NCBI GenBank assembly: GCA_951406725.2
Contig: OX597836.1
Coordinates: forward strand, 7,254,001-7,318,000
Reading direction: 5' to 3'
Length of the DNA stretch: 64,000 nucleotides
From: Octopus vulgaris
Lineage: Eukaryota
Shown here: positions 53,371-64,000 of the stretch, piece after piece
Layout: every line of letters begins with the position of its first letter
Position numbering within the stretch: position 1 is the stretch's first letter
Translations under genes and position numbers: made by a program
Notes under the pieces: model-generated
Told to the model about the DNA's origin: nothing
Databases searched by the model: none
What the model saw: the letters and a program-made list of their open reading frames with translations, nothing else

Positions 53371-53727
53371 CAAGAGCACTCAGAGAGCACAAACCTCTGC
53401 CAAGGTAACACCAATGTCCTCTCAACGATTAGCTAGAGATGATTTTTAAAATGAGAATATTTGAAATGAATTCGACTGCTCTCACAAACGAGAATACAAA
53501 AAATGAACCCAACCGCTCTCAAAAATCAAGTAAGAAAGCAGGAAAAACAATCCAGAATCCTTGTCCAGTACAGGATTAATCCCAAATTCTAATCAGTTTG
53601 TGCCAGTCACAAGGCCAAACATCCCTGAAAGTTTCATTGGAATCCATCCAGCGGTTCGTGAGATATCTTGTCTACGGACAAACATGACTGAAAACAATAC
53701 CTCCGTCTTCGCAAAGGCAGAGGTAAT
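53371..53727. mobile_element. Helentron-associated (HINE/DINE-1-like) non-autonomous element inside a SINE A copy
   Basis: Subterminal ACCTCTGCC (~53393) is inverted against GGCAGAGGT (~53716); terminal hairpin TACCTCCGTCTT-CGCA-AAGGCAGAGGTA; A-rich insertion site with no TSD. Confidence 0.65.
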
Positions 53728-54320
53728 AAAATATGCCCTAGGGTACTGAGGTAGGTGCATTTAATTAAAAATTCTTCAGAGCAGTGCCCCAGCATGGCCA
53801 CAGTCTAATGACTGAAACAAGTAAGAGATAACAGATATATATATATGTGTGGGTGTGTATGTGCATGTGTGGTCACCAGAAAGCATGCAAAGATGCTATA
53901 AATAATTCCATAATATACTCCCCGGGCCTCATCATTGTGTGTGTCTCTAAATACATAGATACATATGTTATGGTACCCTAAACGCTCCTGAGTGCAGCGA
54001 AGTAGAAAAAACATGGATGGATCAAAATAGCATCTGAAAGGGTTTTAAATGTAATCACAAAAGTGTAGTACGTTGTTCCTAAGAAAACAGAAAACCTACG
54101 TGAGTCAGATAACAGACCGGCAAGATACAGAGACTCCTTTAAATAAATAGGCTTCAATATGATATGTGATTTATACATATATATACACACACACACACAT
54201 ATACACATATATATACACACACATATACACACACATATACACATACACATATACACATAAACACACGCATACATATATATACACAAACATACACATATAT
54301 AAACACACGCACACATATAT

Positions 54321-54351
<31 letters not shown>

Positions 54352-54584
54352 CACACACACACACACATATACACATATATATACACACACATATACATAA
54401 ACACACGCATACATATATATACACAAACATACACATATATATATAGAGAGAGATTGAACAGAGGTGGAGAGGAACAGGGGGAGAGACAGAGAGGGAGAGA
54501 AAAGGAGACTATGAAAAGAAGCTTAAATAAACCATTGAAGATTGCATAACGCAGAACAGAACTCAACCTTCCCCCCTCTCTCTC

Positions 54585-54623
<39 letters not shown>

Positions 54624-55044
54624 GACAGCCTCCAAAATTAGGTCCTTTAAAAGTAAAAAGCTGAAACACTGTTGCATCAATATTGACAGTAAAAATACGT
54701 ATTCTTTTATCTCTCGTATTTAATAATATCAACAGAATTCAGGTGAAAAATAAATAACTAAACATATAAATAAATAAAATGAGCCAAGGGAAGTAACTCA
54801 AATGAAACACCTGGTCAGCGCTGACCTACCAGATTTATGCTCAAAGGTGTTCCAGCCACGACCATCTCCTCTTTTGTTCAGACACAGTGTATCTAGGACC
54901 AGATTGTCTAGTGTTAGACCATTACCAATGTCACGTACCTGAGCCCAGGAAAAATCCGATGGAGACATTTAATAGTGTCCAATTGACATCTTGAAGGGAT
55001 TTTCCCAGGGCATAATTCCACAGCTAATAAGTGTATAGGCAAAA

Positions 55045-55536
55045 TGCTTGGCGGCATTTCGTCCATCTTCATGTTCTGAGTTCAAATTTCGCTGAGGTCG
55101 ACTCTGCCCTTCATACTTTCGGGGTCGATAAATTAAGTACCAATGGTGAGCAAGACACTAGCAAAGCAATCTCTCCTCAAGAAGTTTGCTTCCCAACCTC
55201 ATGGTTCTGGGTTCAGTCCCACTGTGTGACACCTTGAGCAAGTGTCTTCTACTATAGCCTCAGGCCAACCAAAGTCTTGTGAGTGGATTTGGTAGACGGA
55301 AACTGAAAGAAGCCTGTCGTGCATGTGTGAGTCTTTGTGTCTGTGTTTGTCACCCCATCACCCCCCATCCACCCCCATCACTGGCAACTGGCGCTGGTAT
55401 GTTTATGTCCCCGTAACTTAGCAGTTCAGCCTAAGAGATCAATAAAATCAGTACTGGGATCAATATGTTCAACTGAAAATTCTTCAAGGCGGTGCCCCAG
55501 CATGACCACAGTTTAATGACTGAAACAAGTAAAAGA
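55045..55536 (+). mobile_element. SINE B fragment followed by SINE A
   Basis: Central B block at 55090-55142; SINE A from ~55180. Confidence 0.8.
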
Positions 55537-56322
55537 AGGCCATGGAACCATCAAAGAACAGACGGATGCAGAAGCACAGTGCAAAACGGAAATAAAGATG
55601 TTCCTAAAAATAACAGATTGGTCATGGCTGGAAAACGTTTGATCACAGACCATAGGTCTGCTCAACCAGGGTTGACCTAGGACTAAAAAACAACAGCAGC
55701 AACAGTATCAAGATGCTTTAATAGAAATATCTTTTTGGCAATGATACTTCAAAGGCATGGTGCTGAAGTCTATTAAGTTCTTTAGGGAGTCTTTATCAAC
55801 CATCCTTGCCCTCCACCCCCCACTCTCTCTCTCCTGTACTTTACTTAAAGACAGCCAAAAAACACAAAAAACACCTCAAAAAAAACAGGGAATTACTTTG
55901 AGTCTCATGCAGTCGGTGGGGCAGAGCTGTGTATTACTACAAATACATTAATACATTCGGGTAGTTTATCAGATAACAAGATACCCAAATGGCACACTTA
56001 TTATGTGATAACACCCAGAACATGGAATTTTACAAAGGAGGAAAATATATTAACACCGTTCCCTCGCTCCCCACGTACCTCCAGCCCCAGCACCTCACCA
56101 CAAAAAATAAGATACTGACTTTGAACCGCCATCACCCCACACTACCGTTCCTTTAACATCGCTGCTTTCCCCCTACCCCCCGTACAACCTACTCCTCCAC
56201 CATCAAGACTACAACATCCATCACACCCTTTCACTACAACCAGAATCAAATTCCTTGTTATAACAATAAAAATAAAAAAGAAACTGTAAGGAGAGAAAGA
56301 GTTAAATCCAATTGCACCAATC

Positions 56323-56558
56323 TCTCTATATATAAAGCTGAAGTTGTCTGTGCATGGCAGGTTTGGTAGCCTTCAACTAACACTATCTCCTCCGAGACCC
56401 TGCGGCGCAAGTTGACCAACATTGAGAGTATGATAGAAGAAGGCTTGCTCTTCCTTCCGTAGAAGAAAAAATTCAAATTGGACCATGTTAACACCAACAA
56501 TTATTTACATCAAAAAGGTGCTTTTTTTCTATGAAAATCCCTATTTTTTACGATTTGG
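56323..56558 (+). mobile_element. Possible non-autonomous Helitron 5' end
   Basis: TCTATATATAAAGCTGAAGTTGTCTGTG resembles the TC-start, ATAAAGCTGAA, GTCTGT openings of invertebrate Helitron-N elements; no CTAG 3' end found. Confidence 0.45.
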
Positions 56559-56586
56559 CACAGAGATATTCACATACACATACAGT

Positions 56587-56772
56587 TACATACACAACCT
56601 CAGATCCTTACATACACAACCTCAGATCCTTACATACACAACCTCAGATCCTTACATACACAACCTCAGATCCTTACATACACAACCTCAGATCCTTACA
56701 TACACAACCTCAGATCCTTACATACACAACCTCAGATCCTTACATACACAACCTCAGATCCTTACATACACA
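56587..56772. repeat. Perfect 22-bp minisatellite, 8 copies (TACATACACAACCTCAGATCCT)
   Basis: Period of 22 read directly; degenerate relatives extend to ~57240. Confidence 0.97.
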
Positions 56773-57240
56773 CGAAGTCAAATACACCTCAGAGACACAC
56801 ACTCACAGTTACATACACACACAGTTACACGCACGCGCACACACAAAGCCAATCACATACAGACATAGAGAGCTCCTCACACATACACATAATTACATAC
56901 ACAACCCCAGATCATTACACACACAATGTCAAACACAGTTACATACACCTCAAATCCTTACACACACGCACACCAAGTCAAAAACATCTGACACACACAT
57001 ACACACAATTACATACATACATACACACACAGTTACATACACACATACAAACATACACACACTCAAAGCCAGTCACATACAGACATAGAGAGCTACGCAC
57101 ACACAATTTGTTTGGTACAGAGATATTTACGCATGCACACACACACACACACACATACACAGAGTTACATACGGACATACTGAGCTGCTGGCACTCAAAC
57201 ACACACACACACATACATACACACCAAGTCAAAAACATCT

Positions 57241-57332
<92 letters not shown>

Positions 57333-57458
57333 AGCACGTGCACTCTGGAGTATTGTCAGCTGGTTGAAACCAAGGTTATGGAAAAAAGAGAGAGCAAGAG
57401 AGACAGCAGTAGAAGGAGAGAGAGAGAGCAAGAAAGAGAATGTATGAGAGTGAGTGAC

Positions 57459-57501
<43 letters not shown>

Positions 57502-57726
57502 GAGAAAGAAGGGAGAAGGAAAAAGCGAAAGTGCATGAGAAAGAGAAAGAGAAACTGATAGACAGAGAGAGAGAGAGAGAGAGGGGGAGATAGTGTAGTG
57601 TGACATTTGTTGAGTGTGTACACATTTTTCTGTAGTTCTCACTGATATTTGACGCCACACCGTTTTCTGAAGGAGGACAAGCACAGCCACAAACGAAGAA
57701 AGGTCGGTGGGGAGGGACGTATGGGC

Positions 57727-57763
<37 letters not shown>

Positions 57764-58212
57764 GATGACAGGTGGTTGTGGTGGTGGTGGTGGTGGTGGT
57801 GGTAGAGGAAGCGCTTAGGGTTTCAGGGGTGAAAGGTCCCAGTTTGTTCGATGTCAGGATTATGTCAGAGTTTAAACCAAAAGAGTCTTGAAATTCAAGA
57901 CAGAAGGTTAATGGAAGCAAAGTTACAGGAAAGAAACTAACAAAAAAAAAAAGAAGAAAAAATCCAGTTTAAAAACCAAAACCAAGGAGACATTTCAATT
58001 TTGTTTGATTTTGTTTTGTTTTTTTATTTTCATTTTCGTGGTGGTGGTGGTGGGAGGAAGGGGAGTTGAAAATTGTTTGTTGGGTGATTTGATCGGAGAT
58101 TTGGAGGAAGATTCCATGTCGAGAGATTGAAACAATTACATCATGGCGTAGTCGTCATCATTGTTGCTACCATCATCATCATTATCATCATCATCATCAT
58201 CATCATTTAATA

Positions 58213-58992
58213 AGGTGGCAAGCTGGCAGAATCGTTAGCATGCTGGGCAAAATGCTTAGCGGCATTTCGTCCATCTCAACATCCCAGGTTCAAATTCCAC
58301 TGAGAGCAACTTTGCCTTCCATCTTTTTAGGGGTCGATTTTTATAAGTACCAGTTATGCACGGGGGTCGATGTACTCAACTAGCCCCCAGCCCTCAAAAT
58401 TTCAACACAGTGGAAAGGACCCTAATCATCATTTAATGCCTGACTTCCAAGCTAGCATGGGTTTGACTCTTAGACAGGATGTGACAATTCTGTTCAGTTT
58501 TATTCCTTAATATTGGATTTCAAATTTTGGCACAAAACCAGTAATTTCAGGGGACATGTAAGTCGATTACATTGACCCTGTTACTCTACTGGTACTCTTT
58601 TTATCAACTCCAAAAGGATGAAAAGCAAAGTTGACTCCAGCGGTATTTGAACTCGGAATATAAACTTGGATGAAATGCTACTTACCACACAACTACCCTG
58701 GCACCTATTCGTTTGCTCTGTTGGGACATAAATAACCCAACACCAGTTGTCAAGCACTGTAGGGGGACGACACCACAAAGACACACACACACACACACAA
58801 ACACACATACACACACATATATATATATGACGGGCTTGAACGCAGTTTTCATCAACAAATTCTACTCTACACACAAGGCACTTGTTGGCCCAGTCTACAG
58901 TGGAAGACACTTGGCCAAAGTGCAACACAGTGGAACTGAACCTAAAGCCAACTTGTCGCAAAGCAAGCTTTACAGCCACACTGCCATGCCTA
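58213..58992. mobile_element. Cluster: SINE B (+, 58213-58405), SINE B (-, 58515-58680), SINE A (-, 58680-58992)
   Basis: Diagnostic blocks of each family are present. Confidence 0.75.
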
Positions 58993-59609
58993 CACACACA
59001 CACACACACACACACAATTACCGCATTGACACAAATCCTGACTTCTCAATGACACTGTATTGAACTTCATATATTATAATAATTATCATTTCTGCTCATC
59101 TGAGTCATGCCTGCCTCCATATCTCTCTCTCTCTCTCTCTCTTTGTTCCTCTTTCCCTCCTCCCCACTCTCTTTCTCTCCCCCCTCACTCTACCTTCCTA
59201 CCATGACTTTCAAAACAAATTTACATCTCAATATTTCTCTTTTATTTGAAAATTTAAACTTCAATATATCTAACGTCATCGTTACACACACACTCACACA
59301 AAGACATACACACACACAAATAGAAATTAACTAAATATTTTTTTAATATATATGTATATAAAAAATGGAAAGGAGCAGATATCTGTCGGAAAGAATTAAA
59401 ATGTTTTTGGTGTTATTTCCTGCCATATTTAATGGATTGAAATAAAAGTGAGAGTGAGGTGAGAGGGAGGGGAGAAGGGGATCTTGAGGAGGTGGAGGGA
59501 GCAGAGAAGAGTGTCTTGGTAGAGGGGCTGCAGAAAAGAGGATTCTTTAGGATAGAAAAGGGGCAACTGAGAGGTGGAGATTTAACTGAATGGTATTTGC
59601 TAATTAAAT

Positions 59610-59825
59610 TAGAAAGAAGTCAAAGAAATAAAAGAAGTAAAAGAAAGGAAGTAAAAGGAATAAGAGAAGTAAAAGAAAGGAAATAAAAAGAATAAGAGAG
59701 GTAAACGAAAAAGGAAGTCAAAGGAATAAGAGAAGCAAAAGAAAAAGGAAGTCAAAGGAATAAGAGAAGCAAAAGAAAAAGGAAGTCAAAGGAATAAGAG
59801 AAATAAAAGAGAAAATAAAAGAAAG
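59610..59825. repeat. Purine-rich ~32-34-bp minisatellite, ~6 copies
   Basis: GGAAGTCAAAGGAATAAGAGAA at 59713, 59747 and 59781 plus diverged units upstream. Confidence 0.9.
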
Positions 59826-60131
59826 GAGGGGTGCTAAACAATGAAGTTTCTGAACAAGGAAAGAAGTGTTCGCTCAATTATTTTTGCGTAATTTTTGTTA
59901 ATGTTTTGCTTTCCCTCAAAAATTTCTGTTTCCTTCATCTCATTTAGTTATTTGTTATATATTTGTATATTTTATATCTGCACTTAGTGAGTGATAGTGT
60001 CATTGGCTACAGGTTTCCAGAGAGCTAATCATGAGTCTGCTGTGAAAATGACATGGGAATGTCTGTACAACACGGAGTTGAACAAATACTACCACAGAGT
60101 AAGTTTTCTTTTCTATATTTTTGATGTGAGG

Positions 60132-60333
60132 AATTATGTACATTATTTATAATAGACAGATAGGTGTCCTCACTTTGTTGTTACCACAACACTTCAGCTG
60201 ATGTACTCTCCAGTCTTCATCAGGTGTTCTGATGGAATTTTGAACCCAACTCTTTATTTGACTAATAAGGTACTATGTTCTCATTTGAAAGGTATTCTTT
60301 TCCACTGAAGCTATTTTTTTCTGTTGATATCAT
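60132..60333 (-). mobile_element. Inverted, head-less copy of the hammerhead-bearing element
   Basis: Reverse complement of ~60430-60630; minus strand GAACAC-CTGATGA-A-GACTG..CAGCT-GAAG-TG-TT-GTGGT. Confidence 0.85.
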
Positions 60334-60350
60334 TCCCCAAGTAGGCTACG

Positions 60351-60630
60351 GGCATATAGTGTAGTGGATAAGAGTGCAGGTTACTAATCCTCGGATTCTG
60401 AGCTCAATCCCAGACAGGGACTCGAAAAAATAATATCAACAGAAAAATAACATCTGCAATATACCTTAGGAATGAGAACAGAGTACCCCATAAGTCAAAT
60501 AAAGGGTTGGGTTCAAAATTCCAGCAGAACACCTGATGAAGGCTGGAGAGTACATCAGCCGAAATGTTGTGGTAACAACAAATAAGGTGCTGACACCTAT
60601 CTGTCCATTGTAAATAATATAGAGTAATTT
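60351..60630 (+). mobile_element. tRNA-headed short element carrying a hammerhead ribozyme
   Basis: TAGTGTAGTGG (A-box-like), GAGCTCAATCCC (B-box-like), ATACCTTAGGAATGAGAAC, then hammerhead; colinear with 7518-7740. Confidence 0.78.
60527..60573 (+). ncRNA. Minimal type I hammerhead ribozyme motif
   Basis: GAACAC-CTGATGA-A-GGCTG-GAGAGTACAT-CAGCC-GAAA-TG-TT-GTGGT: both conserved core boxes and a perfect 5-bp stem II. Confidence 0.72.
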
Positions 60631-60841
60631 ATATTCGAAAACACCAAAGTGGAGATTATTATTGTTTTTATTCATTTATTTTGCCAAAAGATACAGCCAT
60701 GTAAATTTGATTATCTTTAGTTGGTGTTAGCAAGGGTATCAAGCGATGGAAACCAAACCCAAAATACAAAGTGCAAGCGAGATGTGCCACTGCGACCCAT
60801 GATTAGGATGATGGTGGTGATGATGGTGAATGTAGTGCATG

Positions 60842-60883
<42 letters not shown>

Positions 60884-60988
60884 TTATGGCAGTTGTCCAT
60901 GTAGTTTCCATCCTTCAAGTTCCACAAATTCCTCTCACGAGGTTGTGGTCAGCTTGAGATCATAGAAGACACTTGTCTGTGGTGGTGC

Positions 60989-61021
<33 letters not shown>

Positions 61022-61977
61022 ATCAATCAAGGCACCAAACAGTCTCAAAGAGAACATCTTCAAGACAAAACCAGGCCAGCACCCGTTATGACTATTTCAA
61101 CCAAAATAGTTTCTGGGGCAAATCCAGGAAGCAAAAAAACAACAAAAAAAACCTTAAACAAAAAAACAAAACAAAATACATACATCAAACTTCGTAAGTG
61201 GAATGGTTTCTGTGAAGGTTCCAACAGTAATGGCCATGAGCCAATTGTGAAGAACTGGCTTCACCAATTCCTCAGCTACAGAGACTAACATCTGTTGAAT
61301 TTTAGAAAATATTTCAAGTCTTCACAGTTTTCGCTTTTTATCAATTCCACCTTCATCTCTTTAATGTCTTTATATACACACAGCCTGCCGCTGTGTGTGT
61401 GTGTGTGTGTATACATGTATATGTACACGTGTGTGTGTGTGCACCTGTATGAGTATGTGCATACTGCATGTGTTAGTATGTATATATGTTTAGATGTCTT
61501 TACTGATGTGCATGTGTGTGTGTGTGTATGTCCACCTATATGTGTTTGTGTATGTGCGAGCATACACACGTGTAGATGCATGTATGTCTACATGTGTGTG
61601 TGTGTGTGTCTGTCGGTATATGCGTGTTGCATGTATTTGTATGTATGTGTGTACAATTGTAATATTGATGTGTGTGTGCATGCATGTGTGTATGCGTGTC
61701 TGCATACACGTATGTATATACGTGTGTGTGTGTGCCTGTATGTATATATATATATATATGTCTGTTGATATATGCATATTGCATGCGGTTATGTATATGT
61801 CTATGTCCTTATTGTGTGTGTGTGAAACGGTGGGCACACACACATGTACATGTGAACATGTGTATGCATCTGTTGTACGTATTTTTGTGTCTGTTGATAT
61901 ATGTATATTGTGTGTGTGTGTATCTAGAGGTGTATAAGTGTCTTTATTTACAAATGTGTGTGGGTCTGCAGATGACT

Positions 61978-62015
<38 letters not shown>

Positions 62016-62213
62016 ATAACACTGCATGAGTCAAAAGCACTGAAATAAATTTGAATATTAAAAAAGCTTCAGCTGCAAAAATGAACGGTAAGAATGAAAA
62101 CACCATTCCGCCTATGTTTTGATGTGCAGATAAAATAGGTCTAAACACATACATGTGAACATACACACACACACACACACACACACGCATATACACACAC
62201 ATGAAACTCATTG

Positions 62214-62635
62214 TCGTCATCGTTTAACGTCCACTTTCCAAGCTGGCATGGGTTGGACGATTTGACTGAGGACTGGCAAGTCAAAAGACTGTACCAGACT
62301 CCAGTATGATCTGGCAAGGTTTCTGCAGCTGCGTGCCCTTCCTAATGCCAACCACTCTGAGAGTGTAGGGGGTGCTTTTTATGTGCCACCGGCACATACA
62401 TATCATCATCATCATTTAACATCTGCTTTCCATGCTGGCATGGGTTGGACGGTTTGGCAGGAACCAGCCAGGAAGAAGATAACACCAGGCTTCTTTCAGG
62501 TTCCATCTACCAAATCCACTCACAAGGTTTTGGTCAGCCCAAGGATATAGTAGAAGACATTTGCCCCAGGTGACATGTAATGGGACTGAACCCAAAACCA
62601 TGTGGTCGGGAAGAAAACTTCTTACCACACAGCCA
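62214..62635 (-). mobile_element. Two family D tails and a SINE A head
   Basis: D blocks at 62214-62395 and 62403-62460; SINE A 5' part at 62487-62635. Confidence 0.8.
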
Positions 62636-62799
62636 TTAGCTATTGTAGTTCAGTTCTAGGTCACTTCTCTTCTAAAGACATTCCAACCATAACCATCCAG
62701 CTTGTTTTTATTTTTTTTAAATCTTTTTGTTTTTATAATTTCACATGTAATGTTCCTTTTATTTTTTAGATATAGTCAACACAGAACTTCATTATATCA

Positions 62800-63017
62800 A
62801 TCACCACCATCATCATCACCATCACCATCATCATCATCATCACTATCACCATCATCACCATCATCATCATCACCATCACCATCATCACTATCACCACCAT
62901 CATCACCATCACCACCATCACCACCACCACCATCATCATCACCATCACCATCACCATCACCATCACCATCACCATCACCATCACTACCATCATCACCATC
63001 ACCATCATCATCATCAT
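62800..63017. repeat. (CATCAC)n microsatellite
   Basis: Read directly. Confidence 0.95.
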
Positions 63018-64000
63018 TACTTTACACCCACTTTCCAAGCTGACCCAAATTTTCAGGGAAGATTTGGCAGCTATTTCTAGTAGGTCAAGCAATTACCTTC
63101 AAACTTCCTTGTTCGCCCGTCTGCCCGCCCGTCGTGAAGTTGTTCTGCCGGAATGTTGGCAGGTCAGCAAGACACTTGTCACTGCTCTAGGCACAACGCC
63201 AAAGAACCTCTCCTGGTTGGTCTATATGCATATCGTGACCAAACACTACTACTTCTACTACTACTACTATTATTATTATTATCATTATTGTATGAATTCC
63301 AATATGACATGCAAACTGTCCTACTTCCAGTAGAAATTGCTCGTTAGTCAGTTAACGCAGTAAGTGTTGATGAAAGATTCCAAACTGTCGCAAGATCTTT
63401 ACTACTAAAATATTCAGTTTTAACACACGTGCACGCGCGCGTGTGTGCATATGTACGTGAGAATTAAAAAAAAAAAAAGGGGGCCTTGAATAAATAAGGG
63501 AGACAACGGAATTAGTCAAAATGTAATTTTAGGATCATTAATTATGAATAAGTGTAAAAACTTAATTAGAGCCAATTTATTTTTGTCACTTGTAAAAACA
63601 CATATACATGTGTGAGTGTGTACACACAAAACATATACATACATTCATATATACACATAAAACATATATATATATATACATATATACGCATAAAATATAT
63701 ATGTATATATGTATATATATATATATTTATATATATATATTTATATATATATATTTATATATATACATTTATACACACACACAAAACATATACACACATA
63801 CATATATAAACATAAAACATATATATACATATATATACATAAATATATATATATATATGTATGTATATATATATATATATATACACACGTTTATACACAC
63901 ACACAAAACATAAACACACATACAAACATACACATAGAATATTATATATATGTATGTATATATTATAGAGAAGAGATACTGGAAGTGAGAATATGGTAGA

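Overview
AT-rich, extremely repeat-dense animal genomic DNA with no confidently identifiable host gene, so it is probably intronic or intergenic. The repeat families and microsatellite load resemble an octopus genome (inference). The window is a mosaic of: several tRNA-headed SINE families; an RTE-like (GAT)n-tailed retroposon family; piggyBac-type (TTAA), hAT-type (8-bp TSD) and mariner-type (TA) MITEs; Helitron/Helentron-like elements; decayed Tc1/mariner and RTE coding fragments; minisatellites; and very many microsatellites. Almost all ORFs in the supplied track are microsatellite artefacts. The most notable signal is a family of short elements joining a tRNA-like Pol III head to a minimal Penelope-type hammerhead ribozyme (7.5 kb and 60.3 kb). 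The 60.3 kb copy sits inside a ~200-bp inverted repeat. A second group of hammerhead-like elements lies in TA repeats (1.7, 18.8 and 19.4 kb). Other highlights are a five-unit SINE concatemer inside one 16-bp TSD (26.3-27.3 kb), a fold-back mariner built from two 3' ends (13 kb), a long hairpin whose mismatches are mostly G-U on one strand (22.7 kb) and a four-element nested insertion (43 kb). Family names A-D are my own labels. All assignments were made by eye without database searches.
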